DNA of 29,993 bases from Planctomycetota bacterium (GTDB lineage: Bacteria > Planctomycetota > Planctomycetia > Pirellulales > Lacipirellulaceae): NCBI GenBank assembly GCA_039190745.1, contig JBCCXZ010000054.1:1-29993 (forward strand), read 5' to 3'. The notes under the pieces are model-generated. The model made no database searches, was not told where the DNA came from, and worked only from the letters and a program-made list of their open reading frames with translations. A program made the translations under genes and the position numbers. Positions 11,442 to 21,840 of this stretch are shown here, piece by piece. Every line of letters begins with the position of its first letter. Positions within the stretch are counted from its first letter, which is position 1.

Positions 11442-12464
11442 CTAAGGCTTGCCGTGCCGCCGGTGACCCCACAAGCAAGCGACTAGTAGGCCTGCGAGCG
11501 CTGCCGAGGCGGGTTCGGGGACCGCGGTAGCGGCGAGGTTGTTCGGCGAGCCGAAATTGGCTTCCCAAACGGCCTTGTCCCCCGGGCTGAGCGGGATGAA
11601 AGACTCGCCGCGCTGCCACTTGAGGATGTCGGCAACGTCGACATCGCCGTCGATGTCGTAGTCGCCGGGGCTGATCTGGGTGACCTCGACATAGTCGACC
11701 TCTAGAGCGAACGACTCGTTCAAGGCCGGCGAAGCCACCGGTTGCAGGCTCGCGTCGAAGGCGTTGCTGAAGAACACGTCGGGCGCCCAGTGGTTGATGC
11801 GCACCTCCTGCGGATCGTCGGTGACGGTTCCGGTTTCGACGCGGATGAGCTGGCCGTCGACGAACCACTGAATCCGGTCGGGCAGCCAGCGGATTTCGTA
11901 CTCGGTGAACTGGGTAATGTCGAGCCCGGAGACAAAGACGTTCCGCGAGTCGCCGCCGACGCTGAAGTCGTCGTCGTCGAAGACGTTGGTGAAGATAGTC
12001 TGGTCGCCGGCGTCGTTGGAGAGCAGCTCGAAGTCGATCTCGTCGCGGACCTGGAAGGGGGGCTCGATGCCGTAGGTGAAAAACCCGCCGACGCGGCCGA
12101 GCGGGGCCCCGTCGACGAAACGGAGTCGGGACTTGATCGAGAGCCCGTCGCCGACCGAGAACAGCGTTCGCGTCTGGATCTCGTGGCCCCAGAACGAGTC
12201 GCCGGGCGTGCCGGCCGTGGGGTTGTGCGTGTCGAGCAGCAGCGTCACGACGCCGTTCGACACGACGGGGGCCTGGCTGGGCGGGCGGATCTGCGTGCGG
12301 CCAAAGAACGTGCCGTCGCCGGTGGGCAGGCGCCAGACGGCTTGGTTCAGTGAAGTGCCGTTGAAGTCGTCACGCAGTAGGGTGGCGCCGCAGGCGGTAT
12401 GACTCAACAAGGTCAGGAGCAGTAAGGCCGCGGCGGGGGCAGCAAGGCGGTGGAGTCTGTGCAT
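11442..12464 (-). CDS. Secreted GH16-family glycoside hydrolase with dockerin-like motif and PEP-CTERM anchor
   Basis: Signal peptide; GH16 catalytic EIDFE; YEIRWLPDRIQWFVDG; PGDYDIDGDVDVADILKWQRG; VPEP + hydrophobic segment + HRRHGK. Start taken at ATG 12464. Confidence 0.85.
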   Translation of the reverse strand: MHRLHRLAAPAAALLLLTLLSHTACGATLLRDDFNGTSLNQAVWRLPTGDGTFFGRTQIRPPSQAPVVSNGVVTLLLDTHNPTAGTPGDSFWGHEIQTRTLFSVGDGLSIKSRLRFVDGAPLGRVGGFFTYGIEPPFQVRDEIDFELLSNDAGDQTIFTNVFDDDDFSVGGDSRNVFVSGLDITQFTEYEIRWLPDRIQWFVDGQLIRVETGTVTDDPQEVRINHWAPDVFFSNAFDASLQPVASPALNESFALEVDYVEVTQISPGDYDIDGDVDVADILKWQRGESFIPLSPGDKAVWEANFGSPNNLAATAVPEPASAALAGLLVACLWGHRRHGKP

Positions 12465-12675
12465 CGAGATGAGTTCCGAGGAGGGAAGCAGACGTCGAGA
12501 TGAGTTCCGCATCCTATGACCACTATCAACACAGGTAGGCGACCTGTCACACGCTTGGCGGGTGTTTCTCGGTGTTTCTCACGAAATGGGCTACAAAACG
12601 GACAACAATCGTCGAATATTCGAAGAGGCAGACAGAGGAATCCGAAACGGGAAAAGAGAGCACAGACTAACTCGC

Positions 12676-14070
<1,395 letters not shown>

Positions 14071-14109
14071 GGGGTCGCTCCGTCACCCAGGCTTGTTTGG
14101 AGAAGAATG

Positions 14110-14241
14110 GACAGGATAACAGGATCAGCGGGATCGACAGGATGAAGGCATCGGAGTGAAGTCCGGCGCTGCCGAACCGAATCACTCCTGTTGCTGCCTA
14201 ATTCCTAATCCTGTCTATCCAGGCAATCCTGTTATCCTGTC
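14110..14241. repeat. GACAGGAT-periodic long inverted repeat (hairpin element)
   Basis: GACAGGATAACAGGATCAGCGGGATCGACAGGAT (14110-14143) versus 14208-14241 is 29/34 complementary; interior GGAGTGA/TCACTCC also pairs. Confidence 0.85.
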
Positions 14242-14248
14242 AAACTCC

Positions 14249-14275
14249 TTTTCGCGTCTTTCGTGACTTTCGTGG
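14249..14275 (-). repeat. Unpaired 9-nt-periodic arm (CCACGAAAG-TCACGAAAG-ACGCGAAAA) abutting the trxB stop
   Basis: Three near-identical 9-mers directly after the TGA at 14276-14278. Confidence 0.65.
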
Positions 14276-15334
14276 TCAAACGCCTTTGTCTGCCAGGTAC
14301 CGCTCGGCGTCCAGCGCGGCCATGCAGCCGGTGCCGGCGGCGGTGCAGGCCTGGCGGTAGTTGTCGTCCGCCACGTCTCCCGCGGCGAAGACGCCCTCGG
14401 CGCTGGTGTTTGTGCGAAAGGGCACGGTCCACTTCAGGTACTGGTTCTCGTGCATGTCGAGGCGCCCCTTGAGAAACGCCGTGTTGGGAGTGTGGCCGAT
14501 GGCCAGGAACATGCCCGAGGCGTCGAGCTCCTTGCTGGAGTCGTCCACCGTGCTGTCGAGCTTCACGCCGGTCATGCCCTCGGCGTCGTTGCCGACGACC
14601 TCGGCCACGGTGTGGTTCCAGACGATGTCGATCTTAGGGTTGTCGATCGCCCGTTGGGCCATGATCTTGCTGGCCCGCAGCTCGTCGCGGCGGTGGATGA
14701 GGTAGACGGTGCTGGCGAACTTGCTGAGGTAGTCCGCCTCTTCGACGGCCGAGTCGCCGCCGCCCACGACAACCAGCGGCTTGTTGCGGAAGCGGGGCAA
14801 CGCCCCGTCGCACACCGCACAGGCGCTCACCCCGGCGTTCTTGTAGTGCTTCTCGGATTCGAGCCCGAGGTAGTTGGCGCTGGCGCCGGTGGCAATGATC
14901 ACCGCGTGGGCCTCCACCGTCTCGCCGCTGGCGGTGACGAGCTTGTGCACATCGCCTGAGAAGTCGACGTCGACGATGTCGTCGCCGATGATCTTCGTGC
15001 CGAAGTTGCGCGCCTGCTGCTTCATCAGCAGCATCAGGTCGGGCCCTGTCACCGCGTGCTTCCCGCCGTCTTCCTCGGCGGGGAACATCAGGTGCTGCAT
15101 GTCGGGGTCGATCGCGCTCTTGAGGAACGGCTGCAAGTCGGCGGCGGGGAAGCCGGGGAAGTTCTCCACCTCGGTGGTGAGGAAGAGCTGCCCCAACGGC
15201 GGGCGGCCCGCGTCCTGGTGCTCCTGCGAGGTGATGCCCTCGTAGACCACGGGGTTCAGCTCGGCGCGAGCGGCGTAGATGGCGGCGGTCCAGCCGGCGG
15301 GTCCGCTGCCGACGATCACAACGTGTTCTGGCAC
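14276..15334 (-). CDS. trxB: Thioredoxin-disulfide reductase
   Basis: [52 protein letters not shown] start at 15334 with GAAGGA RBS. Confidence 0.95.
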   Translation of the reverse strand: MPEHVVIVGSGPAGWTAAIYAARAELNPVVYEGITSQEHQDAGRPPLGQLFLTTEVENFPGFPAADLQPFLKSAIDPDMQHLMFPAEEDGGKHAVTGPDLMLLMKQQARNFGTKIIGDDIVDVDFSGDVHKLVTASGETVEAHAVIIATGASANYLGLESEKHYKNAGVSACAVCDGALPRFRNKPLVVVGGGDSAVEEADYLSKFASTVYLIHRRDELRASKIMAQRAIDNPKIDIVWNHTVAEVVGNDAEGMTGVKLDSTVDDSSKELDASGMFLAIGHTPNTAFLKGRLDMHENQYLKWTVPFRTNTSAEGVFAAGDVADDNYRQACTAAGTGCMAALDAERYLADKGV

Positions 15335-15424
15335 AGTCGATCCTTCTGGACAGGGCGCCCGGGGGGCGGGCAATCGGGGAGCGCCTGTCGCTACTCGGAG
15401 GGGGTGGATTCAAGCGAAACCGGG

Positions 15425-15453
15425 ATTATAGGAGGCCCCCTAAGGTGCGTAAA
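15425..15453 (-). promoter_or_regulatory. Sigma-70 promoter for trxB
   Basis: Minus strand TTTACG-17 nt-TATAAT. Confidence 0.7.
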
Positions 15454-15466
15454 CTCACACCCGCGG

Positions 15467-15496
15467 GTGACCGCTCCCACGGGGCGTTGCTAGAAT
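15467..15496 (+). promoter_or_regulatory. Candidate extended -10 promoter for cstA
   Basis: GTGACC-18 nt-TAGAAT with TG one base upstream of the -10 (TGCTAGAAT). Confidence 0.45.
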
Positions 15497-15569
15497 CAGA
15501 TTTACTATTTGGGCCGCGGCCCCGTTCTCTCGTCCACGCTTTTTTGGCTCACTCGGCGGCTCGCTCGGC

Positions 15570-17420
15570 ATGCTCACGCTCTTGGTTGCGGTTGGTTCGT
15601 TCCTCGGCTTTATCGTCGCCTACCACACCTACGGGCGGTGGCTCGGCAGGAGCGTGTTCGGGCTCGACCGCGACGCGGTGGTCCCGAGCGAGGAGCTGCG
15701 GGACGACGTCGACTACGTGCCCACCAAGCGGGGCGTGATCTTCGGGCACCACTTCACCAGCATCGCAGGGACGGGGCCGATCGTGGGCCCGGCGATCGCC
15801 GTGTTCTGGGGCTGGCTGCCGGCGCTGCTGTGGGTGGTGATCGGTTCGATCTTCATCGGCGCGGTACACGACTTCGGCGCACTGGTCGTGAGCCTGCGGA
15901 ACCGCGGGCAGACCGTCGGCGAGGTCGCCGGGCGGATGGTCACCAAGCGTGCCAAGGTGCTTTTCCTGCTGATCCTGTTTTTCGCGCTCACCGTGGTGCT
16001 CGCCATCTTCGGGCTGGTAATCGCGTCGATCTTCAAGATGTACCCGGAGACGGTCATTAGCGTCTGGATCGCGATGCCGCTGGCGGTGGCGATTGGCTTC
16101 TGGGCGCACCGAGGCGGCGAGCTGCTCGTGCCGTCGCTCTTGGCATTGGCCGCGGTTTATGGTGCGATATTCCTGGGCATCCGCTACCCGGTGGTGATCC
16201 CGGAGAGCTGGGGGAACCCGATCGTTATCTGGTCGGCCGTGCTGTTCGTGTACTGCTTCTTCGCGTCGGTGCTGCCGGTGTGGGTGCTGCTGCAGCCTCG
16301 GGACTACATCAACAGCCATCAATTGATTGTCGCGCTCGCGCTCTTGGTGGGCGGGATGTTTGTTGCGGGACTCAGCGGTGAGGCGGACCTTGCGGGTTCG
16401 GCGCCGGCTATGGCGGAGACAGCCCCCGCTGGAGCGCCGCCGATCCTTCCGTTCCTCTTCATCACAATCGCCTGCGGAGCCGTGAGCGGCTTCCACTGCT
16501 TGGTGAGTTCTGGCACATCGAGCAAGCAGGTCGCTTGCGAGACCGACGCCCAGTTCGTCGGCTACGGGGCGATGCTGCTGGAAGGGGCTCTGGCCGTGGT
16601 GGTGATCCTGGCCTGCTGCGCGGGGCTGGGCATGGGGCGATTCGAGAAGAGCGACGCGGGCGTGTACGTGCCGGTTGTCAGTGAAGCGGGCGAACCGCTC
16701 CGTGGCGCCGACGCCTGGGAGAAGACCTACGACCCCAACGGCTCCTGGGGCGCCTTCGGCTTGGGCGCCAAAGTGGGCGCCTTCGTCGAGGGCGGGGCCA
16801 ACTTCCTCTCGGCCCTGGGCATCCCCCTGCGGGTGGCGATCGGCATCATCGCCGTGCTGGTGGCCTGCTTCGCAGCGACCACGCTCGACACGGCCACGCG
16901 TTTGCAGCGTTACGTCGTGCAGGAACTGGCCGGTACGTTCCGCGTCCGGCCGCTCACCAACAAGTACGCCGCGACGGCGTTTGCGGCAGCGCTCGCGTTG
17001 AGCCTCGCCATGATGCGCGGGCCCGACCTGCCCGACGGCACGCCGCGTCCCCACGGCACGGGCGGGCTGTTCCTCTGGCCGCTGTTCGGAGCGACGAACC
17101 AACTCCTCGCGGGACTGGCTTTGTTGGTGACGGCGTTCTATCTATACCGCCGGAACAAGCCGATCTGGTTCCTGGCCGTCCCAACCGTGCTGATGATCGT
17201 CCTCCCAGCCTGGGCGCTGTGTTGGAAACTCTTCAATGAAGACACTGGTTGGTTCACCAAGGGGGACACTCTCCTGGCATCGCTAGGGATTGTGACGCTC
17301 CTGTTGCAGGCGTGGATGGTTGTCGAGGCGGCGATCGCCTGGCCGCGTGCCAAAGGCGTGCTCGAAGAAGCGCTGCCACCGCTGGCAGCAGGCTCTACCG
17401 TGGCGGGCCGGTCTTGCTGA
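15570..17420 (+). CDS. cstA: Carbon starvation protein A family transporter
   Basis: DDVDYVPT, FGHHFTSIAGTGPIVGP, LLQPRDYINS, PFLFITIACGAVSGFH, TTLDTATRLQRY, LWPLFGATNQLLA. Confidence 0.93.
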   Translation: MLTLLVAVGSFLGFIVAYHTYGRWLGRSVFGLDRDAVVPSEELRDDVDYVPTKRGVIFGHHFTSIAGTGPIVGPAIAVFWGWLPALLWVVIGSIFIGAVHDFGALVVSLRNRGQTVGEVAGRMVTKRAKVLFLLILFFALTVVLAIFGLVIASIFKMYPETVISVWIAMPLAVAIGFWAHRGGELLVPSLLALAAVYGAIFLGIRYPVVIPESWGNPIVIWSAVLFVYCFFASVLPVWVLLQPRDYINSHQLIVALALLVGGMFVAGLSGEADLAGSAPAMAETAPAGAPPILPFLFITIACGAVSGFHCLVSSGTSSKQVACETDAQFVGYGAMLLEGALAVVVILACCAGLGMGRFEKSDAGVYVPVVSEAGEPLRGADAWEKTYDPNGSWGAFGLGAKVGAFVEGGANFLSALGIPLRVAIGIIAVLVACFAATTLDTATRLQRYVVQELAGTFRVRPLTNKYAATAFAAALALSLAMMRGPDLPDGTPRPHGTGGLFLWPLFGATNQLLAGLALLVTAFYLYRRNKPIWFLAVPTVLMIVLPAWALCWKLFNEDTGWFTKGDTLLASLGIVTLLLQAWMVVEAAIAWPRAKGVLEEALPPLAAGSTVAGRSC

Positions 17421-17440
17421 ACTTACTGAGCTGGGGATGA

Positions 17441-17608
17441 ACCGCAGAGGACACAGAGGTCGCAGAGAGAAGACGAGGAACAGGAGGTTTGTGGGAGGGC
17501 TCTCCGAGCCCGATTTCGCTCGGCGATGGAAAACGTAATCGGCCTCAGAGCGGCCTCCCACAGTAATCCCTCTCTATCCTTCTCTGCGACCTCCGCGTTC
17601 TCTGCGGT
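17441..17608. repeat. Composite palindromic element, copy 2
   Basis: Outer arms ACCGCAGAGGACACAGAGGTCGCAGAG (17441-17467) and 17582-17608. Inner arms TGTGGGAGGGCTCTCCGAGCCCGAT (17490-17514) and 17538-17562, with a 23-nt spacer. Confidence 0.9.
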
Positions 17609-17620
17609 ATTCTCTCTGAC

Positions 17621-17992
17621 TTACGACTGCTGCATGTATTCGCCGCATTGCGGGCAACGGGCGAACCACATCGGCACCTTCGCTCCGCACTTGCACTTCA
17701 CGTTGTGCCGGATGACCGATGAGCCGAGCATGCTGCCGCTCGCGCTGGCGCTGCCGGTGACCGAGGCCGGGTCGTCGTCGTCGAACACCGACGCTGCCGC
17801 AGCGGCGGCCGCCCCGCCGTGCTGCTGTGCGGCGATCTTGTAGGCCGAGTCGGCCAGCGCCTTGGAGGTCGAGGCGTCCGGCACGCGGACCTTCACCTCG
17901 CCCTCGCAGAACGGGCAGAGGCCCTTCTTGCCGGCGTACTTGTCCTTGACCTTGAACTCGTGCCCATTCGGGCAACGGACCTCAATCCCCAT
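17621..17992 (-). CDS. Small protein with two putative zinc ribbons
   Basis: N-terminal CPNGH...CPFC and C-terminal CKCG...CPQC separated by an Ala/Ser-rich linker. Confidence 0.75.
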   Translation of the reverse strand: MGIEVRCPNGHEFKVKDKYAGKKGLCPFCEGEVKVRVPDASTSKALADSAYKIAAQQHGGAAAAAAASVFDDDDPASVTGSASASGSMLGSSVIRHNVKCKCGAKVPMWFARCPQCGEYMQQS

Positions 17993-18147
17993 AGCAGGCC
18001 CCCAGACCGGCCCCCACAGCCGGCTTCGTCGCGTGCGGCGCTCGGCCGCTCACGCAGTTTCCCTGCGACGCAGCGGGGTCGCGGTCTGTGCCGCAGTTAC
18101 GGTTCTGAAGAACTCAATAAGACGAGAGCAGCGACCCCAGCTTTCCT

Positions 18148-18177
18148 ATTGTTTGGCCTAAGGTTCGGGGTTGTCAA
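18148..18177 (-). promoter_or_regulatory. Candidate sigma-70 promoter for the Zn-ribbon gene
   Basis: Minus strand TTGACA-18 nt-AACAAT. Confidence 0.5.
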
Positions 18178-18240
18178 ACCTAATCGTTGCACCGGCCGAT
18201 ACCGGCCAGCGGAACGGTTGATCTGGCACGCCGCCGGTGA

Positions 18241-19323
18241 TCAACCGGCGGCCTGGGCCTGAGTCTCGGCAGCCGGCGCCTGTGCCGGAGCAGGGTCTGC
18301 CTGCGGTGAGCCGGCGGGCTGCGTTTCCGTTTGGGATACGAAGGAGACGACCTCGACCGCCTTGCGGCCCTTGAACCTGCCGGGCTTGCCCAAGAACTTT
18401 GGTCGGCCTTCGACCATTACCCGGATAGGCTCGTGGATATCCTTCTCGGTGGCGATCACGTCGCCAACCTGAAGGTCGATCAGGTCGGCGGTGGTGATCT
18501 TCGTCTCGGCGACCTCGACCACCACCTCGACCGAGGCGTCGGAGATCCGCTGCGAGACATTCCGGATTGACTCCGCCGTGGCGGGCTTGCTGCTGTAGCT
18601 GATCCAGGAGTTAGAGGTGAGCTTGTTGGCGATCGACTCGATCGAGTTGAACGGGATGCAGAGATTGATCATCCCCCGCGTCTCGGAGATGGTCAGTTCG
18701 AAGCTGATCAGCACGACCACCTCGTTCGCGGGGATGATCTGCACCAGCTGCGGGTTGCTCTCGACGTGGTCGACCTTCGGCTCGAGTTCGAGGACATTCT
18801 CCCAGGCGTGCGACATCTCCCGCAAGAACAGGTCGGTCACGCGCGAGGCGAGCCGGAGTTCAATCTCGGTCAGCGCCCGGCGGACCGGCGGGGCGCTCTC
18901 CGACTTGCCGCCGAGCAGGCGGTCGATCACGCGGTAGAGCACCGAGGGGTTGATGTCGACGATCAGCTGCCCCTCGAGCGGCGGGGCGCTGATCAGGTTG
19001 AAGCAGGTGGGGTTCTCCAGGCTGAAGACAAACTCACTGTAGGTCAGCTGGTCGACGCTCGTGAGCTTCACCTCAACGATCGAGCGTATCAGCGCCGAGA
19101 GCGCCGCGCCGAAGTTGCGTCCGAAGCCCTCGTGCATCGTTTGCAGGGCCCGCATCTGCTCCTTGCCGACACGCTCGGGCCGCTTGAAGTCGTAGACCGT
19201 GATCTTCTCTTTGGGCCGCGCGGGGGCGTCGACCTCGACGGGCGACTCCTCGTGCGGGGCGTCGCCGTCCATGGCGCTCAGGAGGTTCTCGACCTCGGCC
19301 TGGCTCAGAACATCACCACTCAT
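18241..19323 (-). CDS. fliM: Flagellar motor switch protein FliM
   Basis: N-terminal CheY-binding LSQAEVENLL, YDFKRPERV, DRLLGG, LTEIE, C-terminal SpoA domain (LIDLQVGDVI). Confidence 0.95.
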   Translation of the reverse strand: MSGDVLSQAEVENLLSAMDGDAPHEESPVEVDAPARPKEKITVYDFKRPERVGKEQMRALQTMHEGFGRNFGAALSALIRSIVEVKLTSVDQLTYSEFVFSLENPTCFNLISAPPLEGQLIVDINPSVLYRVIDRLLGGKSESAPPVRRALTEIELRLASRVTDLFLREMSHAWENVLELEPKVDHVESNPQLVQIIPANEVVVLISFELTISETRGMINLCIPFNSIESIANKLTSNSWISYSSKPATAESIRNVSQRISDASVEVVVEVAETKITTADLIDLQVGDVIATEKDIHEPIRVMVEGRPKFLGKPGRFKGRKAVEVVSFVSQTETQPAGSPQADPAPAQAPAAETQAQAAG

Positions 19324-19383
19324 GTCGCACTCCGTTGCGGCACTGGGTTAGCAGCGTCTGCCCCGTGCGGGGCCTGTGTTGGA

Positions 19384-20670
19384 CTATCGGGTTTGCCCGG
19401 TCCCCTCGACCACGTATTTGTAGCTGGTCAGCTCGTCGACGCCGCAGGGGCCGCGGGCGTGGAACTTGTCGGTACTGATGCCGATCTCGGCCCCGAGGCC
19501 GAATTCCCCGCCGTCGCTGAAGCGGGTGCTGGCGTTCACCATCACCGAAGCGCTGTCGACCGCCGCCGAGAACCGCTGGGCGGCGGGAAGGTCGGTGGTG
19601 ACGATCGCGTCGGTGTGGTGCGAGCCGTACTCGTTGATGTGCGTGATGGCCTCGTCGAGTGAGCCGACCACTCGACAGGAGATAATTGGTGCGAGGTACT
19701 CGCGGCCGTAGTCGGCCTCCTCGGCGGGGACGGCGGACCCGACCAGTTCGCAGGTTCGCTCGTCGCCGCGGACCTCGATGCCGTGCTCCGCGAGGGCGGC
19801 CGCCAGGTCGGGCAGCATCTCGGCGGCCACGTCGGCGTGCACCAGCAGCGACTCGGCCGTGTTGCACACGCCCAGCCGTTGGCACTTGGAATTCACCAGG
19901 ATGTCGCGGGCCATGTTCGGGTCGGCCGCGGCGTCGATGTAAACATGGCAATTGCCGTCGAAGTGCTTGATGACCGGCATCTGTGCCTCGGCGGTCACCC
20001 GGCGGATGAGTCCCTCGCCCCCGCGGGGGATGGCGACGTCGATCGACTCGGGCATCTTGAGGAGGTGGCCGACGGCTTCGCGATCGGTCGTGCTCACGAG
20101 CTGCACCGCGTCTGCCGGCACGCCCGTTTCGCGGGCGGTTTCGTGCAGCACCTCGACGACGGCGCGGCTGGAGTGGATCGCCTCCTTACCGCCGCGGAGG
20201 ATGACGGCGTTGCCCGCCTTGACGCAAATGGCCGCGGCGTCGGCTGTGACGTTCGGCCGCGACTCGTAGATGAAGAACACCACGCCCAGCGGCACGCGGA
20301 CCTTGTTGATCAGCAGCCCGTTCGGGCGGACGGTCGAGCCGATCACCCGGCCGACGGGGTCTTCCAACGCGGAGACTTCTTCGAGCGCAACGGCAATCGA
20401 TTCGATCCTCTCGGGCGTCAGCCGCAGGCGGTCGACCTGGGCGTCGGTCAGACCGTAGCCGGGGGCTGCGTCGAGGTCGGCCTGGTTCGCTTCCTGCAGC
20501 GGCTCGATCCGCTCGCGGAGCAACTCGGCCGACCGCTTGAGCCAAGCCACCTTCACCTCGCCCGGCAAGATCGCGAGTTGGGTCGAGGCACGCTTCGCAC
20601 GCTCGGCGACATCCTGGCAGTAGGATGCTAGGTCGGCGGGTTCGGCGGTCTGCGGGGCGACGGTAGCCAT
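19384..20670 (-). CDS. proA: Gamma-glutamyl phosphate reductase
   Basis: [59 protein letters not shown]. Start taken at ATG 20670. Confidence 0.96.
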   Translation of the reverse strand: MATVAPQTAEPADLASYCQDVAERAKRASTQLAILPGEVKVAWLKRSAELLRERIEPLQEANQADLDAAPGYGLTDAQVDRLRLTPERIESIAVALEEVSALEDPVGRVIGSTVRPNGLLINKVRVPLGVVFFIYESRPNVTADAAAICVKAGNAVILRGGKEAIHSSRAVVEVLHETARETGVPADAVQLVSTTDREAVGHLLKMPESIDVAIPRGGEGLIRRVTAEAQMPVIKHFDGNCHVYIDAAADPNMARDILVNSKCQRLGVCNTAESLLVHADVAAEMLPDLAAALAEHGIEVRGDERTCELVGSAVPAEEADYGREYLAPIISCRVVGSLDEAITHINEYGSHHTDAIVTTDLPAAQRFSAAVDSASVMVNASTRFSDGGEFGLGAEIGISTDKFHARGPCGVDELTSYKYVVEGTGQTR

Positions 20671-20726
20671 AGCTTCAGAAGACTCGTGGAATAGGCTGGC
20701 GGCAAACAACGGTTTGCAGCCCTGCA

Positions 20727-20755
20727 AGTATCGTAGGCGCAGCCGCTTGCGTCAA
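20727..20755 (-). promoter_or_regulatory. Candidate sigma-70 promoter for proA-fliM
   Basis: Minus strand TTGACG-17 nt-GATACT. Confidence 0.5.
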
Positions 20756-20783
20756 TGTCGCTGGGGGTGCGGCGAGGGTGCTG

Positions 20784-21683
20784 TCAGCCGATCTGGCCCG
20801 GCCGGCCGTCGACTCCACCGCACGCGGCAAACGCTAGCAACGCCTCGCGGACGGGTCGCACATCGTGCACCCGGATCACCTGCACGCCCTGCCCTGCCAG
20901 CGCGAGTGCTGAACCCACGGTCGCTAGCGTGCGGTCGGCCTCTTTGTCGCCGAGCAGCTTGGCCAGGAAGCCCTTCCGCGAGTGCCCCACCAACAGCGGG
21001 CGGCCGAGGCGGTGGAACTCGCCGCAGGCCGCCATCAGATCGAGGTTGTGCTGATGGGTCTTGCCGAAGCCGATGCCGGGGTCGAGGCAGACCCGATCCG
21101 GGGCGACGCCGGCGGCGTCGAGCGCATCGCGGCGGGCGGCGAGGTAGTCGGCGATTTCGGCCACCAAGTCCCGGTAGCTTGGATCGTCCTGCATGGTCTG
21201 CGGCGTGCCCTGCATGTGCATGGCGCACACCCCTGCCCCGCTCTCGATCGCCAGGCTTAGCATCTCCGGGTCGCCCTCCAGCCCGGTGACGTCGTTGATG
21301 ACCTCGGCCCCGGCGTCGAGCGCTGCCCGAGCTACCGAGGCTTTGCTTGTGTCGACAGAAACCGGCACATCGGTCTGCCGTGAGACCGCTTCGACCACCG
21401 GCCCGACGCGGCGGAGTTCTTCCTCAGCGTCGACCGGCTCCGAGTACGGCCGCGTGCTTTCTCCGCCGATGTCGAGGATCGCCGCGCCCTCGTCGGCGAG
21501 TCGCAAGGCGTGCTCGACGGCGGCGTCCGCAGCGTGAAACCGTCCGCCGTCGGAGAAGCTGTCGGGCGTGACGTTAACGATGCCCATCAAGAGGGGCGTG
21601 TTGCCGAACCCGAGCTCGCGCGTGCGGAGGCGCCAACGTTCGGCGCGTTTAGGGTATCGCTCCTCAAGAGTGCCGCGGTGCAT
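20784..21683 (-). CDS. folP: Dihydropteroate synthase
   Basis: MGIVNVTPDSFSDGG, IGGESTRP, LDPGIGFGK, GHSRKGF, IRVHDV. Start taken at ATG 21683. Confidence 0.96.
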   Translation of the reverse strand: MHRGTLEERYPKRAERWRLRTRELGFGNTPLLMGIVNVTPDSFSDGGRFHAADAAVEHALRLADEGAAILDIGGESTRPYSEPVDAEEELRRVGPVVEAVSRQTDVPVSVDTSKASVARAALDAGAEVINDVTGLEGDPEMLSLAIESGAGVCAMHMQGTPQTMQDDPSYRDLVAEIADYLAARRDALDAAGVAPDRVCLDPGIGFGKTHQHNLDLMAACGEFHRLGRPLLVGHSRKGFLAKLLGDKEADRTLATVGSALALAGQGVQVIRVHDVRPVREALLAFAACGGVDGRPGQIG

Positions 21684-21705
21684 CGAGGGCCTGGAGTGCG
21701 TTTCT

Positions 21706-21778
21706 TGTGGGAGGCCTGACAAAGGCCGATGACGGTCCGAGTATTAGAGCGTAATCTGGCTCAGAGAGCCCTCCCACA
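21706..21778. repeat. 73-bp REP doublet, copy 3 (no outer arms)
   Basis: TGTGGGAGGCCTGACAAAGGCCGAT (21706-21730) and ATCTGGCTCAGAGAGCCCTCCCACA (21754-21778), with a 23-nt spacer. Confidence 0.8.
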
Positions 21779-21840
21779 GAGGAGGAAGGGTTTCCGCGGC
21801 TAGGATTTCCGCGGCTTAGGTCCAGGTTGGACTAGGCCAA

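Noticed and set aside
12561..12580. GGTGTTTCTC x2 tandem repeat upstream of the GH16 gene
   Set aside because: Only two units with no other support; compatible with a chance slippage duplication.
14071..14275. Possible T-box or attenuator upstream of asnS
   Set aside because: No T-box consensus (AGGGTGGNACCGCG) or specifier loop; better explained as periodic inverted repeats.
18224..18240. TGGCAC near the fliM end as a sigma-54 promoter
   Set aside because: No GC at the -12 position, and it points antisense into fliM.
21684..21722. Extended folP N-terminus from the ORF track (TTG at 21722)
   Set aside because: That start falls inside REP copy 3; ATG 21683 gives a normal-length protein.
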